A stretch of 64,000 nt of DNA from Phycisphaerales bacterium (GTDB lineage: Bacteria; Planctomycetota; Phycisphaerae; Phycisphaerales; UBA1924), in the NCBI GenBank assembly GCA_032229765.1, contig JAVTWO010000081.1, positions 1 through 64,000 on the forward strand, written 5' to 3'. The notes under the pieces are model-generated. The model was not told the DNA's origin and did not search any database. It saw only the letters and a list, made by a program, of their open reading frames with translations. Position 1 is the first letter of the stretch; each line of letters starts with the position of its first letter. Position numbers and translations under genes: made by a program. Below, piece after piece: positions 1 to 10,961 of the stretch.

Positions 1-1272
1 GATCCCGTCCAGCCACTGATGGGCAGGCGTTCCCACGAGCTCGCCCTGCCCCACCCCCCACAAGCCCGCGGCCGACCGTGTCGCCCCCAGAACCACCCCG
101 GCGCGATCGACCACCAAGCCCACCAACCCCGGAATCAGCTCAAGATCAGGTACCCCAGTCGGTATCACAAGGCCTCTCTTGGTTCATTCTTCAACCATAT
201 CGCCGATTCGCGTTATCACGATAGCTCGCACTCAAACGCTTAACAACGGTATTTCGTATTTTTTTGTGCGAACAGTTGCAATAGTTGTTCAAAAAGCGCA
301 AGCAAAGCCCACTCTCGCCCCTCGATCGTTCTCGGAACGGTTGGCACGCTGGTTGCAGATGGAGCCTTGTCGGACGTGAGATCGATTGACAAGGACAGAT
401 CGCGAGGAACGTTGCAGGGCTGAGTTCGAACCGTTCTGCAGACCTTCAAAGCCTCAAACACCCCCTTTCACGGCTTTCGCGCACGACACGGTTTGGATGA
501 GAGACCTGGCCTCGCTGGAACGAGATCGAGAGAACAACATTTTGAGCCCTGAGTTGCACGCGGGTTGAGGGAGACCCGTTGCGACGAGATCAGAGGAGTG
601 GCCCGGCGGAAACGTCGGGTTGGGCGAACCAGAATTTTCACGAACTTGGACGCTGCGTTGGTGTCCAGGAAACGAGGGAAGAAATGGCCAAGTGGGCTGG
701 CCATTTCGCCCTCGTTCTCTTTTTTGCCCCGTGCGGTTCTGCAACCTCCGGCACGCCTTGCCCGGTCTCTCACCCCGGCAATCCGCGGCCGTCTGCCGCG
801 TTGAGCGTTTTGAACACCGAGTCATCGTGGTGGTGACGGTCGCCCGCGGTTCCGAGAACCACGGCGCTGCGGCCCGGCGGTGTGCGTGTGCGTGTGCATT
901 CGGCGTGGATCTCCGAGGACGATCTCGCACGCGAAGAAAACGCATTCAATCTCAATGCGGGTTGAGATCGCGGCGCTCCGCGAAAGTTGCGCACGCGCCG
1001 GTGATACGCGGACGATCGAGCCTGCGGGTGTGTTCGGTTGGAAGGATTGTGCGGGCTTCAGAGACATTGCGCGGAAGTTTGCAACCCACGGGGTGCGGCG
1101 CTCGAAGCGCAGGGTGTCGATAGCAGGAGCGGGACGCGATCGTTCGTCCCGGCCCATACGCGTCGGGCCTCTTCAACCGACGCGCTCTTGCCGAGACCAG
1201 CGTGCAAGCGGGGCCCACCGGCGCAACATTCGCGACCGAGGGGCACACTTGCGCCAAACCGGACGGTTCACC

Positions 1273-2097
1273 ATGGCCAAGATGCCCCAAGAGCCCGAGG
1301 CGTTCGCCGAGCGCGTTGCGTACTTGCTGCGGACGATGCAGCCCGATTACTCCATCGAGCTGACGGGCCCGCGCGAGCTCATCGTCAACGGTCGGCGGCT
1401 CGACCTGGAGAACCTCTACCGCCTGGTCAACCACGACCCCGACCGCGGGCAGGAGATCATCGAGCATTACCTCGACCAGTTGTTCTCGGGCGAGGCCTCG
1501 ACACTGAACACCGTCGGCTTTGATGCGGTGAGGCACCGCGTGATGCCGCGGATCCAGCCGGAAACAATCTTTGAGCATCTCAGCCGCGAGCAGGTGGCGC
1601 ACGTGCCGTTTGTCAACGGGACGGTGGTGGTCTTCGTGATCGACATGCCGCAGATGACCGTGAGCGTGACGACGGAGCAGATGGTCCGCTGGCGTGTCTG
1701 CGGCGAGGAGATGGAAGAAGTCGCACGCGAGAACCTGCAGAACATGTCGCGCGAGATCGAGCTGCAGGTGGTGACCAGCAAGGAGAACGGGCGGGCGATC
1801 ATCATCGCGGAGCAGGACGGCTACGACGCCGCCCGGTTGCTGCTGACGAATCTCTACGGCAAGCTCGCGCCGCGGCTGGGCGGGGACTTCTACGTCGCCA
1901 CCCCGGCGCGGGACATGTTCGTGGCGCTGTCGATCAGGCCTGAGCCGTTCGTCCGCAGATTGAGCGGGCGCGTGCTGGAGGATTACCGTCGACTGCCTTA
2001 CCCCATCAGCCCCGAGTTCTTCCTGGTCACGCGCGACGGGGTCGCGGGGACGCGTCAGGAAACCAGCGAGAACGAAAACCAGAGCGAGGCGGCGTAA
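1273..2097 (+). CDS. DUF1444 (UPF0354/YtpQ-like) family protein
   Basis: The ORF 880..2097 has an internal ATG at 1273 (MAKMPQEPEAF...). Its length and motif pattern resemble the DUF1444 family. No convincing coding signal lies upstream of 1273. Confidence 0.55.
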   Translation: MAKMPQEPEAFAERVAYLLRTMQPDYSIELTGPRELIVNGRRLDLENLYRLVNHDPDRGQEIIEHYLDQLFSGEASTLNTVGFDAVRHRVMPRIQPETIFEHLSREQVAHVPFVNGTVVVFVIDMPQMTVSVTTEQMVRWRVCGEEMEEVARENLQNMSREIELQVVTSKENGRAIIIAEQDGYDAARLLLTNLYGKLAPRLGGDFYVATPARDMFVALSIRPEPFVRRLSGRVLEDYRRLPYPISPEFFLVTRDGVAGTRQETSENENQSEAA

Positions 2098-2299
2098 CGA
2101 CGATCACGCAGGGCGGTGCACTTTGAGGAGTGCCGCTGGTGGACAGAGAGACAGACACCCCGCTACAAGGCGAGAGCCCTGGAATCGGGTTTGGGTTGAG
2201 TGTTCCGGGCTTCGAACCGGACCAATCCCCGGAAAGAACGCGAAAGAACGGGCGGAATCGGTTCAACCGAAGGGGCGGTGCGTGCCGATAACTTGACCG

Positions 2300-2644
2300 A
2301 TGGGCCCGGACGTTTCCCCGATCTTGCAGCTTGAAGTCCCGATGATCGTCGTGCTTGGTCGGCGTGAGCTGTCTACGCGCGATGTGGTAGGGATGGTCCC
2401 AGGGGCGATTATCGAGCTGCCCAAGTCGGCCGACGACGAACTCGAACTGCTGGTGAACAACAAGGTCGTGGGGCTCGGACGCGCTGTGAAGGTCGGTGAG
2501 AACTTCGGAATCCGTATCACGTTCATCGGCGATCTGAAGAAACGCATCGCCGCCCTGGGTGGTGACGAGGCGAAGGAAAGTTCCGCGAAGGCAGAGCAGG
2601 ATCTCGACGCGCTGGCTGAAGCGCTGCTGCAGAATCAGGGTTGA
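2300..2644 (+). CDS. fliN: FliN/SpoA-domain flagellar motor switch (surface presentation of antigens) protein
   Basis: The C-terminal region IVVLGRRELSTRDVVGMVPGAIIELPKSADDELELLVNNKVVGLGRAVKVGENFGIRITFI is a canonical FliN/YscQ SpoA domain. Confidence 0.6.
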   Translation: MGPDVSPILQLEVPMIVVLGRRELSTRDVVGMVPGAIIELPKSADDELELLVNNKVVGLGRAVKVGENFGIRITFIGDLKKRIAALGGDEAKESSAKAEQDLDALAEALLQNQG

Positions 2645-2716
2645 TGCTGCTGAGCGGGCGCGAAGTTGCACTTTCGCGTGGTGTGGCTTGCGTGCGATGA
2701 AGAATACAACCAAGAC

Positions 2717-2746
2717 ACCCTCGGCTGAAGCCGAGGGCTCTGATGG
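2717..2746. terminator. REP-like palindromic hairpin (CCCTCGGC-TGAA-GCCGAGGG + CTCTGATGG) between convergent fliN-like and nadA
   Basis: A perfect 8-bp stem with a 4-nt loop lies directly between two stop codons. It belongs to the repeat family also seen at 15203-15232, 46020-46048 and 46105-46136. Confidence 0.5.
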
Positions 2747-3994
2747 TTAATCGACACTTGCCGGCTCGCTGGGCTTGGGGGCCTTGGTCTTCGCGCTGAC
2801 GGGTTGAGCGCTCACCAGACTCAGCATCCGGTCCAGCGCCTTGAGCGCCAGCTCGCGGGCCTTCGGGTGCACCGTGATCCGATTCACCACCTTGCCCTTG
2901 ACCAGGTTGTCCAGCACCCACAGCAAATGCGGCTGGTCGATCCGGTACATCGTCGTGCACAGGCACTGACACTCGCTGAGGATCCGCGCCTGCACGCCCC
3001 GTGCCGCGGCGGCTTTGCACAGGCGGTTCACCAGGTGCACCTCGGTCCCCAGCGACCAGCGCGAGCCGGGCTTCGCTTCATTGATCGTCGTGATGATGTA
3101 CTCGGTCGAGCCCGCAAGGTCCGCCAGATCGACGACTTCCTTCGCACACTCCGGATGGACCAGCACGGTGGTGCGCTGGTCGGCGGGGAGGGACTCTTCC
3201 ATCTGGCGGATCGCGTGGATGTGCTCGGGCCTGAAGAGCTTGTGCACCGAGCAATGCCCGGCCCACAGCAGAACCTCCGCGGTTTTGAGCTGCCCGGGTG
3301 TCATGCCGCCGAGCGCTTCGCCCTTCGCGGTCTTGCGCGGGTCGTACACCGCGGTCTGCGTCTCGACATCAAGCCCCAGAGCGGCGGCGGTGTTTCGCCC
3401 GAGGTGCTGATCGGGCAGGAAGAGGACCTTGATCTGCTCGTTGGGGGCCTTGGGTTTGACGCCGCCGTCGAAAGCCCACTTCAGCACGAGCTTGGCGTTG
3501 CTGGAGGTGCAGACCGCGCCGTCGTGCTGACCGACGAAGGCCTTGATGGCGGCGGTGGAGTTGATGTAGGTGATGGGGATGACGCGGACGGGGCCCTTGA
3601 CGTTCTTCTTCAGGGCGTCGTGGATCTGCTTCCACGCCAGGACCGCTTCGTCGTGGTCGGCCATGTCGGCCATCGAACAACCGGCGGAGAGGTCGGGCAG
3701 GATGACGCTCACGTCGTCAGGCGTGAGCATGTCGGCGGTCTCGGCCATGAAGTGCACGCCGCAGAAAATGACGTACTTCGCCTTCTGCTCCGCGACCTTC
3801 TTCGCCGCGAGCTGCGAGAGCTTCAGCGAATCGCCCGTGAAGTCCGCGTGGCGGATGACCTCGTCGGCTTGGTAGTGATGACCGAGGATCACCAGGTCGG
3901 AGCCCAGCTCTTTCCGCCGCGCGGCGATGGCCTGCGCCAGCGAATCGGGCGACGCGGTGAGGTAGTGCTCAGGGAGTGAGGGCTGCCAGAGCAT
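2747..3994 (-). CDS. nadA: quinolinate synthase NadA
   Basis: The 415-aa protein carries conserved NadA blocks (VILGHHYQ..., FCGVHFMAE, VHPEC..., cysteine ligands). Confidence 0.9.
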   Translation of the reverse strand: MLWQPSLPEHYLTASPDSLAQAIAARRKELGSDLVILGHHYQADEVIRHADFTGDSLKLSQLAAKKVAEQKAKYVIFCGVHFMAETADMLTPDDVSVILPDLSAGCSMADMADHDEAVLAWKQIHDALKKNVKGPVRVIPITYINSTAAIKAFVGQHDGAVCTSSNAKLVLKWAFDGGVKPKAPNEQIKVLFLPDQHLGRNTAAALGLDVETQTAVYDPRKTAKGEALGGMTPGQLKTAEVLLWAGHCSVHKLFRPEHIHAIRQMEESLPADQRTTVLVHPECAKEVVDLADLAGSTEYIITTINEAKPGSRWSLGTEVHLVNRLCKAAAARGVQARILSECQCLCTTMYRIDQPHLLWVLDNLVKGKVVNRITVHPKARELALKALDRMLSLVSAQPVSAKTKAPKPSEPASVD

Positions 3995-4024
3995 GCCGCA
4001 TGGTAGCGTGCTGGACCGGACGGG

Positions 4025-4375
4025 TCAGGAAGCGTGCGAACGCTCGATCCGCGGGAGCTGCGACGCCGGGGTGTTCGAGAGTGCACGAGCGGAGCGGACG
4101 TAGATATCACTCAGCCAGCGTCCGCTGCGGTCGAGGCGCACGCCGTGGGCGGCGTAATCGGAAATCTGGAGCTGCCCGTCGACGAGATAACAGAACTGGT
4201 GCGTGCCGACGTCGAGGTTGATCGTCGCCTCCCACCAACCGGGCGGAACACGGTGCATCGCCACCGCGGCACGCGACCAATCGGTGAAGCTCCCGATGAT
4301 CACGACGCTCGAAGCATCCGGCAGAAAGACGCGGAAGACGGCTTCGCCATGCTCATTCACGGCCACCATGATCAA
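4025..4375 (-). CDS. small CBM48/AMPK-beta glycogen-binding-domain-like protein
   Basis: The 116-aa ORF shows a pattern typical of the isoamylase-N / AMPK1_CBM early-set domain (FRVFLPDASSVVIIGSFTDW...W...HQFCYLVDG). Confidence 0.4.
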   Translation of the reverse strand: MIMVAVNEHGEAVFRVFLPDASSVVIIGSFTDWSRAAVAMHRVPPGWWEATINLDVGTHQFCYLVDGQLQISDYAAHGVRLDRSGRWLSDIYVRSARALSNTPASQLPRIERSHAS

Positions 4376-4556
4376 CCCCTTCGTGTTGAAGGCGGAGTCT
4401 GGAACCGAATCGTGAATCCTGCACCCACCAAACTGTTGTACCGCGCCGAAGAGTAAAAGATCGGTCGAAAATCACAATTCACCCGATCGGGCGGGGGATC
4501 TCTGCTTTGACCGTGTCGTGCGGTGATCTTTCGAAAGACTTTCGAATGATCCGGTG

Positions 4557-5300
4557 TTACGGCTTGGGCTTTTCTTTGTTGCCGCCGGCGGACTTTGGTT
4601 CCACCGGCGGGTGCTTTTTCAGCTCTTCCGCGGCTCTTTCCGCGGGGATGAACTCCAGGCATTCGCTGTTGATGCAGTAGCGCAGACCCGTGGGCGCGGG
4701 CCCGTCGTTGAAGACGTGACCCAGGTGGGCCCCGCAGGTGGAGCAGGTGGTCTCGGTGCGGACCATGTTGTACGAAGTGTCGAGATGCTCGTCGATGACG
4801 CCGGCGGTCATCTCATCGCTGAACGAGGGCCAGCCGCAGTGCGAATCGAACTTCTGCTCGCTGGTGAAGAGCGGGGTTTTGCAGGCGAGGCAGCGGTAAT
4901 AGCCCTTCTCGAAGTGGTTCCAGTACTTGCCGGTGAAGGCCCGCTCGGTGCCCTTCTGGCGCATGATGCGGAACTGCTCAGGGGTGAGAAGCTGGCGCCA
5001 CTGCTCGTCGGTCATCGCGCCGGGATTGGTCTTGGCCATGAGTGCAAGGTCCTTGCTGGTGTTGGTTGGATCGGTCTCTTTGGTGGCATTGGTGCCGGCG
5101 TTGGGGGTGGTGGAAGCGGTGGATTCTGCCGCCTTTTCCGCAGGCTTTGAGGGAGCTTCCGCGGCGCGATCGCCACCACCCGCACGCGAACACGCACCGA
5201 CGATCGGCACCACGCCCGCCATCGCCAGCATCAATCCGAGCACAACCGCGGATCGCGAAGAAGACAAACGAACACGAAACGAAGGTGTACGCATGGTCAT
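4557..5300 (-). CDS. msrB: peptide methionine sulfoxide reductase MsrB with N-terminal signal/lipoprotein-like leader and Ala/Thr-rich linker
   Basis: The C-terminal SelR domain has two CxxC pairs (RCLACKTPLF...HCGWPSF...CSTCGAHLGHVFNDGP). The start is set at the MTMRTP ATG at 5300 (ORF extends to 5420). Confidence 0.85.
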   Translation of the reverse strand: MTMRTPSFRVRLSSSRSAVVLGLMLAMAGVVPIVGACSRAGGGDRAAEAPSKPAEKAAESTASTTPNAGTNATKETDPTNTSKDLALMAKTNPGAMTDEQWRQLLTPEQFRIMRQKGTERAFTGKYWNHFEKGYYRCLACKTPLFTSEQKFDSHCGWPSFSDEMTAGVIDEHLDTSYNMVRTETTCSTCGAHLGHVFNDGPAPTGLRYCINSECLEFIPAERAAEELKKHPPVEPKSAGGNKEKPKP

Positions 5301-5448
5301 ATGTACCTGTGAGGGCGTGGGAAGGTTCACACTCGTTGGATGCCGCGGAGCTTTCCGCGGTACAACGCGAGAACGCCGCGAAATCACCGATGGACATAGC
5401 CGGTCGGCACGCGTTCGCACGAACGGTATGTGAGCACATCGCAGGTCG

Positions 5449-6225
5449 TCAGCCGATCAGCCCGCGGATGAACTCGCCGGGCGATTGCCCCTTTTCGATG
5501 GCCTCGATGAGCGCCGAGCCGACGATGAGTGCGTCGGCGTGGGGCTGCAAAGCGCGGACCTGCTCGCGGGTGCGGATGCCGAAGCCCGCCGCCACCGGCA
5601 CCGGCGAGATCCCGCGGAGGCCCGCGAGGTACGAACCCACCGCATCCAGCGAAACGCCCGTCGATGCGCCCCCGCCCGCTGATCCGCCCGTGACGCCCAT
5701 CGACGTGACGGCGTACAGAAAGCCGCCGCTGCGTGAGGCGATCATCTTCGCGCGGTCGGTCGGCGTGGCGGGTGTGACCATCTGGATCAGCGCGATGCCC
5801 AGCGAGGCCATCTCTTCGCGCAGCGCGTCAGACTCCTCCAAAGGCAGGTCGGGGATGATCAGCCCCGCGATGTTCGCGTCTTTCAGGCGCGGGCCCAGCG
5901 TGCCGGCGCTGATGGTCAGCAGCGGGTTGAGGTAGCTCATGATCGCCAGCGGGCAGGCGCTGCGGATGCCCTTCAGCTCGGTCAAAAGCCAATCAAGGCT
6001 CGCCTGCTGCTGCAGCGCCACGGCGCTCGACCGCTGGATCGTCACCCCGTCGGCCATCGGATCCGAGAACGCCACACCCAGCTCGATCACGGCACTGAGC
6101 GGTGCGAGCTGTTCGATCTGCGACCGCAGGGCCTCACGTGTGGGAAAGCCGCAGGTCAGGTAGGGGATCACCGCGGGCGAGCCGCTCTGACGCTTGCTGC
6201 GGATGGACTGTTCGATGGTGTGCAT
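5449..6225 (-). CDS. trpA: tryptophan synthase alpha subunit
   Basis: TrpA motifs are present (IPYLTCGFP, ELGVAFSDPMADG, GFGI). It is the last gene of the trp operon. Confidence 0.9.
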   Translation of the reverse strand: MHTIEQSIRSKRQSGSPAVIPYLTCGFPTREALRSQIEQLAPLSAVIELGVAFSDPMADGVTIQRSSAVALQQQASLDWLLTELKGIRSACPLAIMSYLNPLLTISAGTLGPRLKDANIAGLIIPDLPLEESDALREEMASLGIALIQMVTPATPTDRAKMIASRSGGFLYAVTSMGVTGGSAGGGASTGVSLDAVGSYLAGLRGISPVPVAAGFGIRTREQVRALQPHADALIVGSALIEAIEKGQSPGEFIRGLIG

Positions 6226-6303
6226 GGGTTCTCGATGCTCAAAGAAGAAACGGTTCACAACAAACCGAAGAAGACTCGCGGCTGTTCCACGTTCAACACA
6301 CGA

Positions 6304-7616
<1,313 letters not shown>

Positions 7617-7620
<4 letters not shown>

Positions 7621-9191
7621 GCTGAATCCTTCTCACGCCGACCAACCCGCTTCACCGCTCGAACAAACGCTCGCACCTTCTTGACATCCTTCACGCCCGG
7701 AGCGCTCTCCACCCCGCTGGAAACATCCACCGCAAAGGGCCTCACCGCGCGGATCGCTTCGACGACATTCTCCGGGTTCAGCCCGCCCGCGAGGATCACC
7801 CGCCGCGACGACGCCACCGGCGCAATGGCGCCCCAGTTCGCCACTTCCCCCACGCCCGACCGCTGCCCCTCGATCAAGATCAAGTCCGAATCGCGCACAT
7901 CCGCGGCGAGCGTCGGCATCGCCCCACCCACGCGCACAACCGGGATCACCCGCACCGCGGCCTCTCCCGCCCCCGCCGAACCGCTCATCGATTCAACACA
8001 CGCCCGCACCATCGCCACGTCCGATTGCTCGCACTGCAGACAATCAAAGACACCCGTCGCGAGCGCTTCGCGCACGAGCGTTTCCGTCGGGTTCTTCATC
8101 ACCGCCACCCGGCTCACGCTCAGCGGACAATCCCGCAGAATCTCCGCCGCCCGCGCGGGGGTGACCTGTCTGGGCGAGGGCGCCAGCACGCACCCAACCG
8201 CGTCCGCACCCGCATCGACCGCGTCGGCGACCATCTGAGCCGTCGTCACGCCGCAGATCTTCACCAGCGGGCTGAACGCGTCGGCTTCGATGCGTGCATC
8301 ACCTTCATCCGCGCTGCCGATTGCGCCGGCACGCATGGACTTCACCAACCGATCGGGCTCGGTGCTGCGCATGAGCGCGGTGCCGACGAGCGCACCGGTG
8401 TACCCCTCCGCCGCCGCCCGCGACAGGTCCGTCGGCGTGTGCATCCCGCTCTCGGCCACGCGCACAAACCCCGCCGGAAACCGCGAGGCCATCCCCGTCA
8501 GCGAAGCGGGATTGACCCCCAGCGTCGCCAGGTTCCGTGTGTTCAAACCGACCATGACCGAGGCGCGAGCCGACGCACTCGCCCCGGTGTTCGCAAACGC
8601 CGAGAGCCGCCGGGCAACATCCGCGCGCGTCAGCAGCGCCGCTGTGCGTTGCAGTTCGTCATCGTCGAACGCCTCGATGAGCGTGAACATCCCTAGATCG
8701 AGCACCGCGTGCAGCATCGACTCAAGCTCTGCATCGCGGAGCATCCGCACGATCAGCAGCACGCCCGAGCAACCCGCCAGGCGTGCTTCGTCCACCTGCG
8801 CCGGATCGACCAAGAAGTCCTTGCGCATCACGGGGATCGAAACCGCCCGCGCCGCCGCCTGTGCGTGCTTCAGATCACCCCCGAACGCGCTCGGCTCGGT
8901 CAGCACGCTGATCACGCTCGCCCCGCCGCGTTCGTACGCCCGCGCCTGATCCGCCGCGAACGCCTCCGCATCCGCGAACGCCCCAGAACGCGGCGAAACG
9001 ATCACGCCCTCACTGGGCGATGCACGCTTGAACTCCGCGATAAACACAAACCCATCCCCCGACCGGACGCTCTTCGCCGGCTCCATCACCGCCAGCGCCC
9101 GCGCACGCAGCTCGCGCCGACTCACCCGCTTGAGCAGTTCATCCGCCCGCGCACGCGAGCGTTCCGCCATGATGGAGATGAAGTCGCTCAC
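7617..9191 (-). CDS. trpC: bifunctional indole-3-glycerol-phosphate synthase / phosphoribosylanthranilate isomerase (TrpC-TrpF fusion)
   Basis: The N-terminal half is IGPS (FIAEFKRASPS...). The C-terminal half is PRAI (KICGVT..., VDVSSGVE). Confidence 0.9.
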
Positions 9192-10216
9192 CGCGGCGCT
9201 CCCTCGGCACAGACCTTCGCCAGCTCATCGACAAGTCGAAGCGCACGCCCATCATCAATCGCCCGCTGCGCCACGCCCGCCGCCTCGCGTCGGTCGCTGA
9301 CCACGCCGCAGCACCACAGCGCCAGCGCACCGGAGAGCACCACCGCGTCGCGGTGCGCCGACTTCTCGCCCGAAAAGACCGCCCTCATCGCCCTGGCGTT
9401 GTGCTCGCTGTCGCCACCTTTCAACTCCTGCAGAGAACACGGCTTTAGCCCGAACTCCGCCGCCGACATGACCGATCGCGTCACACGCCCGCCCTGCACG
9501 TCGAACACCTCGAACGCCGACGCGGGCGTGGGTTCATCGAGCCCGTCGTGCGAGTGGATCACCAGCACGCGCCGATGGTCACCCATCGCGAACGCACCGG
9601 CCATGCGCTCGGCCGCGAGCATCGAGTACGCACCGATGACCCCGAAGGGTGGTGCCGCCGGATTGGTCATGGGCCCGAGCATGTTGAAGACCGTCCGCAC
9701 GCCCAACCCCTTGCGCACCGGCGCGATCACGCCCACCGCGGGGTGATAACGCGGCGCGAAGAGGAACGTAAACCCGCAGCGCGAAAGGCACGCCGCCGCG
9801 GTCGCTTCGTTCATCTCCACCGGGATGCCCAGCCTGCCCAGCACGTCCGCCGCACCCGATGAACTCGAGATCGCGCGGTTGCCGTGTTTCACCACCGGTT
9901 GCCCGCACGCGGCCGTCAACAACGCCGCGGCTGTCGAAATGTTGTACGTCGACGCGCCATCGCCCCCCGTGCCGACGATATCGACGCTGCGCTGAACGAT
10001 CGATCCGTCCAACCGCGGCTTCACCGCAAGCTGCCGCATCCCCTCCGCGAACCCCGCCACTTCGTCCTCGGTCTCGCCGCGCGAGCGCAGCGCGATGAGC
10101 ACGCCCGCGATGAGCGTGGGCTCGATCTCACCCGAGGCGAGCCGCTTCGCCGCGTGCGTCGCCTCATCGCGGCTCAGCACGCCGCCGTCCAGAATGCGCT
10201 GCAGCAGGTCCTTCAT
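9188..10216 (-). CDS. trpD: anthranilate phosphoribosyltransferase
   Basis: TrpD motifs are present (DIVGTGGDG, KHGNRA, FLFAPRYHPA). Confidence 0.95.
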   Translation of the reverse strand: MKDLLQRILDGGVLSRDEATHAAKRLASGEIEPTLIAGVLIALRSRGETEDEVAGFAEGMRQLAVKPRLDGSIVQRSVDIVGTGGDGASTYNISTAAALLTAACGQPVVKHGNRAISSSSGAADVLGRLGIPVEMNEATAAACLSRCGFTFLFAPRYHPAVGVIAPVRKGLGVRTVFNMLGPMTNPAAPPFGVIGAYSMLAAERMAGAFAMGDHRRVLVIHSHDGLDEPTPASAFEVFDVQGGRVTRSVMSAAEFGLKPCSLQELKGGDSEHNARAMRAVFSGEKSAHRDAVVLSGALALWCCGVVSDRREAAGVAQRAIDDGRALRLVDELAKVCAEGAPR

Positions 10217-10895
10217 GCCACCGATCCTTCACCCGTGGGCGTCAGCGCATCCGTCGGCCCATCAATCAGCACGACACGCTCCGCCGCCGATCGGTCAACG
10301 CCCAGAAAGTTCGCCAGCAGCAGCGGACCCGTCGGCGTCAGCACGCTCTCCGGATGAAACTGCACGCCCTGGACGTTCAGCGTCGCGTGACGCAGCCCCA
10401 TGATCTCGCGCGTCTCGCCCGTTCGTTCATCGGGGATCGTCTCCGCCGTGACGATGAGCTCCTTGGGCAGCGTCGCCTCAAAGGCCACCAGCGAGTGGTA
10501 GCGTCCGACGAGCATGGGCGAAGGCACGCCCGCGAAGATGCCGCTGGAATCGTGCGTGATGCGCGAGGCCTTGCCGTGCATCAGGCAGCGTGCACGGCCA
10601 ACCTTGCCGCCGAAGACCTCCGCCATCGCCTGATGACCCAGGCACACGCCCAAAATCGGCAGTTCACCCGCGAGCGACTCGATCATCGACTTGCTGACGC
10701 CCGCTTCGTCTGGACAGCCGGGCCCGGGCGAGATGACCAAGTGCGTGTACGACCCCGCGCGGGCCTGCGCCGGGGTGATCTCGTCGTTGCGCTTCACCTC
10801 CACGCTCGCCCCCAGCGCCCGCATGATCTGCACGAGGTTGTACGTGAAGCTGTCGTAGTTGTCGATCATCAGCACGCGTGCGTGGGGGTCGTTCA
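10213..10895 (-). CDS. trpG: anthranilate synthase component II (glutamine amidotransferase)
   Basis: Class-I GATase (MIDNYDSFTYNL, GVCLGHQ, HPES). The start is set at MNDP (ATG at 10895). Confidence 0.9.
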
Positions 10896-10961
10896 TGGCT
10901 CGTTCTCCGCTGGATCTTCGTTGGCTCTTCGCCGTCCGCTCCTTGCATCCATCCGCGATCG

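Noticed and set aside
420-450. tRNA-like GTTCGAACC motif
   Set aside because: No cloverleaf can be drawn: no acceptor stem complementarity and no D-arm. It is just a palindromic CTGCAG-flanked hairpin.
880-1272. N-terminal extension of the 880..2097 ORF
   Set aside because: The extension is Arg/Ser-rich and GC-biased without coding-like periodicity. The homology-supported protein begins at the ATG at 1273.
2804-3979. 391-aa ORF on plus strand
   Set aside because: It is entirely antisense to the well-supported nadA gene. It is Arg/Gly/Val-rich, as expected for a high-GC shadow frame.
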